Of a stretch of DNA of 64,000 nucleotides, positions 9,622 to 19,803 are shown piece after piece. A model generated the notes under the pieces. That model did no database searches and was not told the origin of the DNA. It saw nothing but the letters and a program-made list of their open reading frames with translations. Every line of letters starts with the position of its first letter. Position 1 is the first letter of the stretch. The stretch comes from Candidatus Shapirobacteria bacterium (GTDB lineage Bacteria > Patescibacteriota > Microgenomatia > UBA12405). Location: contig JBAZYN010000001.1 of assembly GCA_041659325.1 (NCBI GenBank), forward strand, positions 366,819 through 430,818, written 5' to 3'. The position numbers were made by a program, and so were the translations under genes.

Positions 9622-10995
9622 ATGCATATTCACGTTATAGGGATTGCCGGTACCATGACTTGTCCCCTGGCCATCGCCTTAAAAAAAGCCGGTCACACTA
9701 TCACCGGATCAGACCAGGAAAAAATATACCCACCGATAAGTACAAATTTAAAAAATGCCGACATCCCCATAAACACCCTCAAGAACTTTAAAATTGTTGA
9801 TTTGGCAATTATCGGCTCTTCCTATTTATCGTTTTCTAACACAAAAAGCGAGTTTGATATCATAAAAAAACTTAATATCCCCTACATTTCCGCCACCAAA
9901 TATGTCGGCCAAAATATTGTCAAAAAAAATTCGATATTGGTCGTCGGCACCGGCGGCAAAACCACAATCACAAGTCTAATAACCTGGATCTTTCTGAAGG
10001 CAAAACTAAATCCCAACTATATGTTTGGAGGCCAAAGCCTAAACAAAATTCCCTCCCTCGATTTCACCACCGGGGACTGGTCGATTGTTGAAGGCGATGA
10101 ATCGATAAACGGACTAGATACTAAAGCAAAATTCCTTTACTACCCGGCAAAATATGTCATTCTAACCGGTGCTAATTGGGAACACAAAGAAAGCTACAAA
10201 AACGAATCTGACAATCTGGAGTCTTTTCGGACACTTATCAAAAAAATCCCTCCGGACGGGTTATTGATTACCAATTCGCTAGGACACAAAACCGAAACGC
10301 TCTCCCTAGCCTCACGAGCCAAGGTAATTTTTTATAATGGGCAAAAGTCAGATTACAAAATAATCAAAAAGGAAATATCTCAAATTTCAAAATTAACTTT
10401 TGTTACTCCTAAAGGCAATTTATCGATAAAAACCAGTCTTCTCGGTACATTTAATTTTGAAAACATCCTTGCCGCCGTCACTTTGTGCATGGAAATTGGA
10501 ATTAATCCCAAAATTATCCAAAAGGCGGTATCTTCCTTTAGGGGAATCAGCCGAAGATTGCAGAAAATTATTTCAAAAAACAACCTTCACTTTTACGATG
10601 ACTTTGCTCAATCTCCCGAAAGAATCAAGTCGGCACTCGACGCTGTCAAGCTTCATTTTCCAAATCAAAGAATTTTTGTTTATCTTGAACCTCACGCATC
10701 ATTTCTTCTCACCACATCCGGGCTTATCGGCCTTGGAAACGCCCTGTCGGATTGTACAAAAATAATTCTGTCAAAAATTCCATTCAAAACCAATATCCCA
10801 ATCTCTACTCGGGCTACGGCAAAACACTATTCCGACGAGATTGGTGATAACCTTATATATATTCCTCAAAACAAAGAGCTTTATAAATATTTCCATCAAA
10901 CGTTAAAACCAAACGATATTCTGGTTCACTTTAGCTCTGGAGGAGCAGAAGGTCTCAAAACCTTCAAAAAAATTACTAGTTATCGCACACAATAA
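9622..10995 (+). CDS. murC: UDP-N-acetylmuramate--L-alanine ligase (MurC/Mpl-type Mur ligase)
   Basis: N-terminal IGIAGTMTCPLAIALKKAGHTITGSD, P-loop VGTGGKTTIT, EGDESINGLD and GISRRLQ all match MurC motifs. Confidence 0.7.
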   Translation: MHIHVIGIAGTMTCPLAIALKKAGHTITGSDQEKIYPPISTNLKNADIPINTLKNFKIVDLAIIGSSYLSFSNTKSEFDIIKKLNIPYISATKYVGQNIVKKNSILVVGTGGKTTITSLITWIFLKAKLNPNYMFGGQSLNKIPSLDFTTGDWSIVEGDESINGLDTKAKFLYYPAKYVILTGANWEHKESYKNESDNLESFRTLIKKIPPDGLLITNSLGHKTETLSLASRAKVIFYNGQKSDYKIIKKEISQISKLTFVTPKGNLSIKTSLLGTFNFENILAAVTLCMEIGINPKIIQKAVSSFRGISRRLQKIISKNNLHFYDDFAQSPERIKSALDAVKLHFPNQRIFVYLEPHASFLLTTSGLIGLGNALSDCTKIILSKIPFKTNIPISTRATAKHYSDEIGDNLIYIPQNKELYKYFHQTLKPNDILVHFSSGGAEGLKTFKKITSYRTQ

Positions 10996-12324
10996 ATGTC
11001 AAGATACGTCATCAGTGGGGGAAAGCCACTATCGGGCGAAGTGTCCATTCGCGGCGCTAAAAATGCCAGCTATAAACAACTTATTGCCACATTACTCACC
11101 GCTAAGACTTGTCAATTAACCAATGTTCCTCAGATATCCGACATAAGAATAACCGAAAGCATTGCCAAAAGTCTTGGTTCCAAAGTTACCTATACCGGAG
11201 AGCACAGTCTGGAGGTAAAAACCCCAAAAATTACCAACTCAGCCGTCCCTATGGGAGTCGGTGAAAAATCAAGGTCGTCGTTTATGTTTGCCGCCCCTCT
11301 TTTGGTCAGAACCGGATCCGCCACCGTTCCGATTCCGGGAGGAGACAGGCTCGGTGCTCGACCACTAGACCGTCTTTTTGATTGCTACAGAACGATGAAT
11401 ATCCAAACCGAGGAATTCCCAAACAAAATTTTTTTTCGAACCGACAAGATAAAACCAACCCACTATACCTTTGCTAAACCATCCCACACCGTTACCGAAG
11501 TAATAATTATGACTGCCCTGGCCGCAACCGGAGAAACGATTATCGACAACGCCGCCAGAGAACCGGAAATCGATGATTTGATAAGCATGCTCAACTCTAT
11601 GGGTGCCACCATTCAGCGAGACCCAAAGAATTCCGGTCGGATTATCATCCAAGGTGGTAAGTCACTAAATGGAACCAACCATCAAGTCATCTCCGACAGA
11701 AACGAATCTGTCACTTTTGCCTGTGCCGCCCTTGCCACGAAAGGATCGGTAAATATTTTACGAATTGACCCAAAAATTATTTCTAAATTTTTAACTACCA
11801 TTGAAGCCATGGGAGCAAAAGTATATAGGGGAAAAGACGAAGTTGCCGTCACCTGGTATCAACCACTAAAAGCCATCGACATTGAAACAGAGCCGGAACC
11901 GGGATTTATGACCGATTGGCAGGCACTTTTTACTATTGTACTTACTCAGGCAGTCGGGTGTAGCAGTATTATCGAAAGAGTCCACCCGTCTCGATTCCAG
12001 CATATTAAAAATCTTGAAATCATGAATGCAAAAGTAAAATATTTTAATCCTGAAATCAACCACCCCGAAAACTATTACCACTTTAATCCGGAAAACGATC
12101 ACTCGGACTACTTCCATGGTGTCAAAATTTACGGACCAACCAAGCTAATCGCCAACAACTTTTCAATCAATGATTTAAGAGCCGGCGCATCGATCACTCT
12201 GGCGGCCATTACTGCTGAAGGTAAATCAGTGGTCGACGGGGTTGAATATATTGAAAGAGGCTACGAAAAACTAGCCGAACGTCTTTGTTCCCTCGGAGCT
12301 CAAATAGAGTATATTAAAACATAA
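10996..12324 (+). CDS. murA: UDP-N-acetylglucosamine 1-carboxyvinyltransferase
   Basis: ISGGKPLSGEVSIRGAKNAS N-terminus, EPT-fold length of 442 aa and dcw context. Confidence 0.9.
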   Translation: MSRYVISGGKPLSGEVSIRGAKNASYKQLIATLLTAKTCQLTNVPQISDIRITESIAKSLGSKVTYTGEHSLEVKTPKITNSAVPMGVGEKSRSSFMFAAPLLVRTGSATVPIPGGDRLGARPLDRLFDCYRTMNIQTEEFPNKIFFRTDKIKPTHYTFAKPSHTVTEVIIMTALAATGETIIDNAAREPEIDDLISMLNSMGATIQRDPKNSGRIIIQGGKSLNGTNHQVISDRNESVTFACAALATKGSVNILRIDPKIISKFLTTIEAMGAKVYRGKDEVAVTWYQPLKAIDIETEPEPGFMTDWQALFTIVLTQAVGCSSIIERVHPSRFQHIKNLEIMNAKVKYFNPEINHPENYYHFNPENDHSDYFHGVKIYGPTKLIANNFSINDLRAGASITLAAITAEGKSVVDGVEYIERGYEKLAERLCSLGAQIEYIKT

Positions 12325-13358
12325 TGACACATTTGTATTTGGGTTTGATGCTATTTTCGTTTCTTTCAACCAGTATTTTGGTGATTCCCTTTATTAACCT
12401 TTTATACAAGTTAAAATTTCAACGTCAAAAGCAAAAAACCCTTGATTTTCAAAATAAAAGAACTCCCATTTTTGACAAGTTTCATTCCCAAAAATCCGGA
12501 ACTCCGGTGGGAGGTGGACTTTTGATTATTCTCTCCGTCTGCATCCTTTTTATTTTTCTTTTCCCAATATTAAAGGTAGCCAAAATTTTTATCTCTAGCA
12601 ATTACCAAATTAATCGTGAACTGGAAATAATTTTCTTTACCTTTATCAGTTTTGGGCTTTTAGGTCTCTACGATGATGTGATGAAATTCTTTGGTTTCAA
12701 AAAAACAGGCTTTTTCGGGCTAAGAATGAAACACAAACTACTTTTGCAAATGTTTCTCTCTACCGTTATTTCGTTCATGATGTATTTTGGCCTAAACATC
12801 AACTTCATCTATATTCCTTTTTTCGGCGCCGTCAACTTGGGTCTCTTTTTTATTCCGATATCATCAGCCCTAATTATCGGTTTTGCTAATTTCTTTAATA
12901 TCACCGATGGTCTTGACGGCTTATCCTGTGGTCTTTTAATGATTGCTCTTTTTGCTTTTTGGGTACTAGCCGGAAACTCTCTGGACACTCCGATTTCTCT
13001 TTTTTTGGCTCTTTGGCTAGGAAGCTTGATTGCATTTTTGTATTTCAATATTTTTCCGGCCAGGCTATGGCTAGGCGACGTTGGAGCCTTATCGTTTGGG
13101 GCCACCTTCGCCGTGATAGCTCTGCTATTAGGCCGCGTGGTTCCTCTCCTAATCGTTGGCGCACCATTTATTGTAGAAGGGGGAAGTAGTGCTATCCAAA
13201 TAATTTCTAAAGTTTATTTCCACCGAAAACTTTTTCCGGCCGCCCCACTCCACCTCACTTTGCAAACCATGGGCTGGGAAGAACCAAAAATAGTCACCAG
13301 GGCTTGGCTAGCCGGTATTATATTAGCTATCTTTGGATTATGGTTGGGGCTAAACTAA
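12324..13358 (+). CDS. mraY: Phospho-N-acetylmuramoyl-pentapeptide transferase
   Basis: LGLYDDVMKFFG and NITDGLDGL motifs with ten TM helices. Confidence 0.9.
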   Translation: MTHLYLGLMLFSFLSTSILVIPFINLLYKLKFQRQKQKTLDFQNKRTPIFDKFHSQKSGTPVGGGLLIILSVCILFIFLFPILKVAKIFISSNYQINRELEIIFFTFISFGLLGLYDDVMKFFGFKKTGFFGLRMKHKLLLQMFLSTVISFMMYFGLNINFIYIPFFGAVNLGLFFIPISSALIIGFANFFNITDGLDGLSCGLLMIALFAFWVLAGNSLDTPISLFLALWLGSLIAFLYFNIFPARLWLGDVGALSFGATFAVIALLLGRVVPLLIVGAPFIVEGGSSAIQIISKVYFHRKLFPAAPLHLTLQTMGWEEPKIVTRAWLAGIILAIFGLWLGLN

Positions 13359-13933
13359 TTTCCTTGCTAGAAAAGGAAGTGAACAATTACCTAAGAATAC
13401 CTTACTTATATGGCGGCAAAAACACCTGGGAAGAAATCAAAAAGAATTTTTCAGAATACAAACAGCTCAAGAAAAACAAACAAGGAATAGACTGCTCTGG
13501 ACTGGCCTATCATCTCCTCGACTATTATTCAAAACTTTTGGGACTAGGCAGCATTTACGGTCATCTGATAGGCACCGAGGGTAAAAGAGGGGCTAGTCGA
13601 GTATCGGCCAATTTATTTACATCTCCCCCAAACTCATTTCCTTTATACACTTATTCCGACATCCGAACCGGAGATTTGATTAGGCTAGATTCCGGCCGAC
13701 ATATCTTGTTCGTCCTGGAATACAAAAAATCGCAAATTCGCTATGTTCACAGCAGCCACAAAACCAAAACTAGGGGGGTCCATTTGGGGGAAATTCAAAT
13801 TGTTGACCCCTCAAAAACCTTGGATCATCAAAAATGGAATGAAACCTACTCCAATGGAAAAAATTACTCCTCAATTTTCAACCAAAAAAATGGTGACGGA
13901 ATCTTTCGCCTATTTCTCTTCAAACAACTCTGA
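13340..13933 (+). CDS. NlpC/P60 family cysteine peptidase (peptidoglycan endopeptidase-like)
   Basis: YLYGGKN...GIDCSGLAY catalytic Cys motif with a downstream His. Internal Met start of ORF 13304..13933, overlapping the mraY end. Confidence 0.6.
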   Translation: MVGAKLISLLEKEVNNYLRIPYLYGGKNTWEEIKKNFSEYKQLKKNKQGIDCSGLAYHLLDYYSKLLGLGSIYGHLIGTEGKRGASRVSANLFTSPPNSFPLYTYSDIRTGDLIRLDSGRHILFVLEYKKSQIRYVHSSHKTKTRGVHLGEIQIVDPSKTLDHQKWNETYSNGKNYSSIFNQKNGDGIFRLFLFKQL

Positions 13934-14068
13934 TATCTTTAAAGGCTTCAAACCAACTATTTCAACCTCTGTCCCACACTCCTGACATTCGAGAATTTCA
14001 CCAACCTGCAAGACACCCTTTGTTTCTATTTCCGACTTACAATCTGGACAAAATATTTTATCTTCCAT
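13910..14068 (-). CDS. LysW-like zinc-ribbon amino-group carrier protein homolog (52 aa)
   Basis: Hand translation gives MEDKIFCPDCKSEIETKGVLQVGEILECQECGTEVEIVGLKPLKISELFEEK. The CPxC..EIE....GEI..C..CG.EVEIVGL.PL pattern closely matches LysW/ArgW. The C-terminus is EEK rather than the usual EDWGE. Too short for the ORF track. Confidence 0.5.
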   Translation of the reverse strand: MEDKIFCPDCKSEIETKGVLQVGEILECQECGTEVEIVGLKPLKISELFEEK

Positions 14069-14104
14069 AACAAAATTATATAATCAATAAACCTCAGTTA
14101 TTAT

Positions 14105-14926
14105 ATGACATCAACACCCCTAATAAAACTAGAAAACTTCTACCTGAAAAGAGAAGATAAAAATCAAACCGGTTCGATAAAGGACAGGGCAATATCACTG
14201 CAAATAGAAAATCTCGTTGGCAAAGGTATCTCGGCGGCGGTTATCTCCAGTACCGGCAACGCCGCCATTTCCGCTCTCTATTATTGCTCCAAATCAAACA
14301 TAAAACTGACCATCTTTCTTTCCCCAAAGATCAACCTGTCAAAACTATCACTCATCACTGAAAAAACAAAAAACTTTATCATTTCCGACAGACCAATTAG
14401 TGGTGCCTTTAAATATGCCAAAAAAACCAATAGCTTTTTGCTCCGACAATCCACCGATCCCATAGCTCAAATCGGCTATCAGTCGGTCGGCTTGGAGTTA
14501 TCAAAAGATATACCCGATATTACCAGCATATTTATGCCGGTTGGCAGCGGGACAACCTTGTTGGGCATTTCAAAGGGGCTCCCAAAAACTGTCAAAATTT
14601 TTGCCATTCAGCCCGCCTCTCACTGCCCCATCAGCCAAACATTTGACCCTCAATATATCAAAGAATCACACACCATCACCGATGCCCTATCCGTAAAACT
14701 TCTGCCCCTAAAGTCAGATATTTTAAAAACCATTACCGAGTCCGGTGGAGGAGGCATGGTTGTCCAAAACACAACGGTTGTTGAAACTCAAAAATTTCTC
14801 CTCACAAATAACATTTTTACTTCACCGGAAGGCGCCTTGGCCTTGGCCGGGTTCCTAAAGGCTGAAAAACTGGGAATCAAAGTTGGTGCCTACCCCGTAA
14901 TTATTTTAACGGGTGAACAAAGATGA
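14105..14926 (+). CDS. Fold-type II PLP-dependent enzyme, threonine-synthase/cysteine-synthase-like (short form)
   Basis: TPLIKLENFYLKREDKNQTGSIKDRA (PLP lysine), SSTGNAAISA, GSGTT and ESGGGG...SPEGALALAG match the ThrC/CysK family. 273 aa. Confidence 0.65.
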   Translation: MTSTPLIKLENFYLKREDKNQTGSIKDRAISLQIENLVGKGISAAVISSTGNAAISALYYCSKSNIKLTIFLSPKINLSKLSLITEKTKNFIISDRPISGAFKYAKKTNSFLLRQSTDPIAQIGYQSVGLELSKDIPDITSIFMPVGSGTTLLGISKGLPKTVKIFAIQPASHCPISQTFDPQYIKESHTITDALSVKLLPLKSDILKTITESGGGGMVVQNTTVVETQKFLLTNNIFTSPEGALALAGFLKAEKLGIKVGAYPVIILTGEQR

Positions 14927-16038
14927 CATCAAATTTGCTATCCGCTCTAAACCAATCTCCATACTACTATTTCTTCCTGGTTGTCGACGACTCGCTTAGA
15001 ATCTCCCTCCCGCAGCTAAAATATTTCACCCCGGTAAACTCCAATCAGTTCGACAATGAACTTAACTCAGGTAAGCTTCTTTCAAATCCAAAAGTAAGGG
15101 ACTTTATAGAAACTACCTCAAAAAAACACCATAAATTACCGGCAATTATCCCATTTAAACCATCCGCCAAAATCGATTTTATCTGTAAAAATAGAAATTG
15201 GCTTAAAGTCAGTAATGACAGTAGCTTAAACCGTGTAATTGAGGACAAATTAAAATTTCCGCTAATCTGTAAAAATCACGATATTCCGATTTTGCCGTTT
15301 ATTATCGACAAGCTAAATAGATTATCTTTTGAAAAGGCCAAAAACCTACTCGGCCCCGAACTTATAATCCAAACTCACTTTGGTTGGGCCGGTAAATCCA
15401 CTTTTCAGGCAGATTGCTTTGACCATCTCAAAAAAACAATTCCACCCGACACTGTTGTAAAATTTTCACCCCACCTCAAAGAGAGTTACACCCTTCTAAA
15501 TAACTGCTGCCAAACTAATAAGGGGCTAATCCAAAGTCCACCGGCAGTTCAATTTACTGGGATTAGGTCGCTGACTACCAATCCTTTCTCCACCGTCGGA
15601 CGTCAATGGCCATCCTTTGCCCCCCCCGATATTATCGACCAGACTTTCAAAATTACCCAAAAATTTTCCGACTATCTTGAAAAGAAACACTATAAAGGTT
15701 TCTTTGGTCTCGACTTTATTGTTGATCAAAACAAAGTATACCTTCTCGAATGCAATCCCAGACTAACCGCCTCATTTGCCTTTTATACCCAAATTGAGCT
15801 GAAAGCCAATTTAAATCCGCTTTTCCTTTTTCACCTTGCCGAATTTAGTCTTAAAAACTATCTCTTTGACATCACCACCGAACAGACACGTTTCAAAAAC
15901 CCAAAAATCATCGGCACTCAACTTACCAGAAGAAGCGAGTCAGGCAAAATAGACGGAAAATACGAAACCAATAATTTTATCGTTACCTCTCCCAAAAATT
16001 CAACTATAAAAAATGAGATCATCTCCAAAATCAACTAA
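14923..16038 (+). CDS. ATP-grasp family ligase (CPSase/L-amino-acid-ligase-like C-terminal motif); not a canonical Ddl
   Basis: LIIQTHFGWAGKSTF (ATP-binding) and GFFGLDFIVDQNKVYLLECNPRLTAS (ATP-grasp C-terminal). No Ddl-type N-terminal GEDG motif. Confidence 0.6.
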   Translation: MTSNLLSALNQSPYYYFFLVVDDSLRISLPQLKYFTPVNSNQFDNELNSGKLLSNPKVRDFIETTSKKHHKLPAIIPFKPSAKIDFICKNRNWLKVSNDSSLNRVIEDKLKFPLICKNHDIPILPFIIDKLNRLSFEKAKNLLGPELIIQTHFGWAGKSTFQADCFDHLKKTIPPDTVVKFSPHLKESYTLLNNCCQTNKGLIQSPPAVQFTGIRSLTTNPFSTVGRQWPSFAPPDIIDQTFKITQKFSDYLEKKHYKGFFGLDFIVDQNKVYLLECNPRLTASFAFYTQIELKANLNPLFLFHLAEFSLKNYLFDITTEQTRFKNPKIIGTQLTRRSESGKIDGKYETNNFIVTSPKNSTIKNEIISKIN

Positions 16039-17173
16039 GCAAACTCTCCGGCTCTCCCCGATTGTTATTTTAACCTTCATCCTTATTCTGATCGGGTTTC
16101 TATTTATTTCCATTTCGTCTTTAACCGAAGCCAGTAGTACTATCGGGGATAAATTTTTCTTTTCAAAAAAGCAATTAATCTGGATTGTAATCAGTTGGGT
16201 AGTATTCTTTGTCACCTCAAAAATACCCCTCGAAACAATAAAAAAGGCCTCTCCCATTCTTTACTTCTCATCATTATTTTTGTTATTTTTGGTGTTAATT
16301 CCCCAACTCGGAAACAAGACCCTGGGCGCCAGACGATGGCTCGACATCGGCTTTACCGAAATTCAACCTTCAGAGATTTTGAAGCTATTTTCAATAATCT
16401 ATTTTGCCAAACTATTTTCTCAAGCCGATAAAAGAACTATCAAAAACTTATTGCTCTACCTGGGAATTCCCTTTGTATTAATCATTGCCCAACCAAACCT
16501 TAGCACTGCCATTCTGATCTCTGCCATTGTTATCACTATTTACTACCTTTCCGGAGGAGAAATCATTCATCTTTTTACCCTCGGTTTTTTTGCTACCATA
16601 GTTAGTTTTTTACTGGTTATCTCTTCTCCATATCGAATGGCCAGACTTCAGGGACTGTCTACCGGTTCTTACCATAGCAACCAAATCATTATGGCGCTCG
16701 CTTCGGGAGGAATATTTGGAAAAGGGTTTGCTAATTCCGACCAGAAATATCGTTTTCTACCCAAAATATCAACGGATTCCATCGTCGCAGTAATCGGCGA
16801 AGAAACAGGAATTATCGGCATTATAACGGTCATTTTACTGTTTATTTTTCTGATCGTAAATATATTTAAAATTGCCAATAGTTCCAAAGATTCATTTGAG
16901 TCACTCCTGATCTCGGGAATCGGCTGTTGGATTGCATTCCAAGCGTTAATTAACATTTCGGCCATCGTCGCTCTCATCCCCCTAACCGGAGTCCCTCTTC
17001 CCTTCATTTCCTACGGAGGATCATCATTAATTTCCCTCATGTCTGCCATGGGGCTAGTCTACAATATCGAAAGGAATAGACCAAAACTGCTATACTACTC
17101 TGCCGATGACAATATACAAAAAGAGAGTAAAAACCATCTGCATAACCGGCACCCACCACACCCCCGCAGTTGA
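16013..17173 (+). CDS. ftsW: SEDS-family peptidoglycan glycosyltransferase FtsW
   Basis: RRWLDIGFTEIQPSE, PKISTDSIVAVIGEE and PLPFISYGGSS motifs. dcw position before murG. Confidence 0.8.
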   Translation: MRSSPKSTKQTLRLSPIVILTFILILIGFLFISISSLTEASSTIGDKFFFSKKQLIWIVISWVVFFVTSKIPLETIKKASPILYFSSLFLLFLVLIPQLGNKTLGARRWLDIGFTEIQPSEILKLFSIIYFAKLFSQADKRTIKNLLLYLGIPFVLIIAQPNLSTAILISAIVITIYYLSGGEIIHLFTLGFFATIVSFLLVISSPYRMARLQGLSTGSYHSNQIIMALASGGIFGKGFANSDQKYRFLPKISTDSIVAVIGEETGIIGIITVILLFIFLIVNIFKIANSSKDSFESLLISGIGCWIAFQALINISAIVALIPLTGVPLPFISYGGSSLISLMSAMGLVYNIERNRPKLLYYSADDNIQKESKNHLHNRHPPHPRS

Positions 17174-18203
17174 ATTAATCAAACAGCTAAAAGCGGATCC
17201 AAAAACTTTGTGGAATATAGAATATATTGGCCATATTTATCCCTCAGAAAATCATATTTTACACACCATAATTCCCAAGTTAAAGGTAAACTTTCACCAA
17301 ATTGAAGGTGGCAAACTTGATCGACGATATTTACCAAATACCATTCGCGGTCTCCCCAAAACCATTAATGCCATTTTTTCCTCGTTAAAAATTATTAAAA
17401 AGATAAAACCGGACGTCATCGTTTCCTTCGGCGGATATATTTCTGTCCCGGTAATTATTGCCGGATATTTACAACACGTCCCATCTATTACCCATGAACA
17501 GACAACAACCATCAGCCTTTCCACAAGAATTAACAGTTTTTTTGTCAATAAAATTGCCCTCTCTTTTAAAGAACCTACCAACAATCCTAATCTCCCCCAG
17601 GACAAAACTGTCATTACCGGAAATCTTTTAAGGTCAGACATCTATCGGCAGAAATCCCCAAAATATAAAATCCTCAATAATGTTGTCAGCAAATACCCAC
17701 TGATTTACATTACCGGTGGCAATCAAGGCTCTTCTCCCATTAATTACATTATCGAAAAAGTTATAAGAAAAATAGCACAAAAATACACCATTATCCATCA
17801 TACCGGTAAAATTGATTATCCGCACTTTAAAGAAAAATTTGTTGGTGAAAAAAATTATTATCCAACTGAATTTGTTGATCTTGAAGACATTGGTTGGGTT
17901 TTAAACAATGCCAAAATTATCATAGGCCGATCCGGAGCCAATACCTGTCAGGAGATTGTTGCGCTTGAAAAAAAATCCATCCTCATCCCGCTACCTGTCT
18001 CACAACAAGACGAACAGCTTCTGAATGCTGTTTGGACCAAAAAAGCACTCCCGCTTCAAACTATTATTGTCCCACAGTCAAGACTGACAGCAACAAAAAT
18101 ATATAATTCTATAGCTGCTCTGGAAAAGATTCAGATGAACTCACCTTGCCTCCTCCCTAAACCAAATAAAAAAATTCTTAATCTAATTTATGAAATTATT
18201 TAA
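17106..18203 (+). CDS. murG: UDP-GlcNAc:undecaprenyl-PP-MurNAc-pentapeptide GlcNAc transferase MurG
   Basis: FGGYISVPVIIAGYL...THEQT and GRSGANTCQEIVALEKKSILIPLP match MurG. The N-terminal glycine loop is divergent (ITGTHHTP instead of GGTGGH). Confidence 0.8.
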   Translation: MTIYKKRVKTICITGTHHTPAVELIKQLKADPKTLWNIEYIGHIYPSENHILHTIIPKLKVNFHQIEGGKLDRRYLPNTIRGLPKTINAIFSSLKIIKKIKPDVIVSFGGYISVPVIIAGYLQHVPSITHEQTTTISLSTRINSFFVNKIALSFKEPTNNPNLPQDKTVITGNLLRSDIYRQKSPKYKILNNVVSKYPLIYITGGNQGSSPINYIIEKVIRKIAQKYTIIHHTGKIDYPHFKEKFVGEKNYYPTEFVDLEDIGWVLNNAKIIIGRSGANTCQEIVALEKKSILIPLPVSQQDEQLLNAVWTKKALPLQTIIVPQSRLTATKIYNSIAALEKIQMNSPCLLPKPNKKILNLIYEII

Positions 18204-18558
18204 AAAAATTTTTATTCTATTATTGCTTCCCGTCTTACTTGTTAGCAGTTTTGCAATTTTAATTAAATCCCAAAACATACCGCACCTGAATCCGATCTCC
18301 GGAAACAATAATTACCGCCAAAACCTGGAAAAAGCCTTTGTCCTGGCCGATATTAAACCACAAAAAATTACTCACCGGGAGTTTTTAAATGAGGTTGAAT
18401 TTTACCTCGATGATATTCTAATTATCCTCTCTACTCGAAAAGATCCATTTTGGCAAATTTCATCTTTACAAGATATTTTAAAAATAGCTAAAATTAACCA
18501 TCAGGTTATTACATTTATCGATCTGAGCTCTGCTCATCCGTATGCAACAACACTCTAA
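18190..18558 (+). CDS. Small single-TM protein at the ftsQ/divIB position (possible minimal FtsQ-like)
   Basis: 122 aa with an N-terminal TM, sitting between murG and ftsA. No recognisable POTRA motif. Confidence 0.3.
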   Translation: MKLFKKIFILLLLPVLLVSSFAILIKSQNIPHLNPISGNNNYRQNLEKAFVLADIKPQKITHREFLNEVEFYLDDILIILSTRKDPFWQISSLQDILKIAKINHQVITFIDLSSAHPYATTL

Positions 18559-19795
18559 AATCATAAATGGTGTCGATATCGGCACCACTAAAATTACGAC
18601 TATAATAGGACAATATTTTGAAAATGAAGATCGCTTTAATGTCGTCGCTGTTTCCTCTATCCCAAGCCTGGGTTTTCGAAAAGGACAAATTATCGACCTA
18701 GACCAAGCCACTCAAACCATTACACAAAGTATAGAATCTGCCGAGCGAATGGCTGGTTTTCAAATTAATGATGCTTGTGTCTCTATCGCTGCCAGCCACA
18801 TTGAATCCATAAATTCCCAGGGGGTCGTTGCCATCAGCGCCCAAAACGGCGAGATTGAACCGTCTGACATTGAAAGAGTAGTAGAGGCAGCAAAGGCCGT
18901 TTCTTTACCAGCCGGCAAGGAAATCATTCATGTTATTCCCCATATCTACACTGTTGACGGCCAAGAGGGAATCGTTGATCCGGTCGGAATGAACGGGATT
19001 AGACTCGAAGTGGAAGCCCACATAATTGTTGCCAGTAGCCCGGCTATCAAAAACCTTAAAAAATGTTTTACCGATATTGGAATCAATATTAATTCGCTCG
19101 TTTTCTCAGGGCTTTCAACAGCAAAAGCCGCTCTGACACCGACAGAAAAAGAACTTGGGGTGGCTCTTGTAGACATTGGGGGTACCATAACCACCATCAC
19201 AATATTCAGCGAAAGCGCTCCCGTCTATTCCGCGGTCATCCCCATCGGAGCAAACAATGTCACTAATGACCTTGCTATCGGATTACGTTTCTCCCTTGAA
19301 GACGCGGAAAAAATAAAATTAAAATTAGCAAAAATTATCGAAACCAAAAAGTACGAAAATGAGATTGAGCTTTCCCATTTCGGTATATTAAATGATGAAA
19401 AGAAGAAGATATCAATCCAAACTGCTGTTTCCGGCATTATAAAGCCGAGACTAGAAGAAATATTTAGCCTTATTTACAATGAAATCGGTAAAAGTGGTTT
19501 TCAAGAATCAATCCCGGCAGGGATAGTCTTGACCGGCGGTGGCGCTCTGACAGTAAATGCCAAAGACATATGTTCAAAAATCATTCCCTTGCCACTTCGT
19601 ATCTCCGAGCCACCTAAAGTCGGCGGCATCGTTGATGACATAATAAACCCATCCTTTACCAGTTCTGTCGGACTCCTTATGTATCATCTTGAAGAAAGTA
19701 AAAAAAATAATTTCTCCACCCTTAAGAAAATCAAAAAACCATCTATAAACCTCTTCGCCAAGATTAAAAGTTTACTGGAACCGATTCTACCTTAG
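18542..19795 (+). CDS. ftsA: Cell division protein FtsA (actin-like ATPase)
   Basis: [16 protein letters not shown] and [15 protein letters not shown] phosphate-binding motifs. 417 aa. Confidence 0.85.
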   Translation: MQQHSKIINGVDIGTTKITTIIGQYFENEDRFNVVAVSSIPSLGFRKGQIIDLDQATQTITQSIESAERMAGFQINDACVSIAASHIESINSQGVVAISAQNGEIEPSDIERVVEAAKAVSLPAGKEIIHVIPHIYTVDGQEGIVDPVGMNGIRLEVEAHIIVASSPAIKNLKKCFTDIGININSLVFSGLSTAKAALTPTEKELGVALVDIGGTITTITIFSESAPVYSAVIPIGANNVTNDLAIGLRFSLEDAEKIKLKLAKIIETKKYENEIELSHFGILNDEKKKISIQTAVSGIIKPRLEEIFSLIYNEIGKSGFQESIPAGIVLTGGGALTVNAKDICSKIIPLPLRISEPPKVGGIVDDIINPSFTSSVGLLMYHLEESKKNNFSTLKKIKKPSINLFAKIKSLLEPILP

Positions 19796-19803
19796 GTAAT
19801 TTT

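Noticed and set aside
13743-13985. 80-aa ORF in an alternative frame over the NlpC/P60 3' end
   Set aside because: It overlaps both the NlpC/P60 gene and the LysW-like ORF. It has no motif and is likely spurious.
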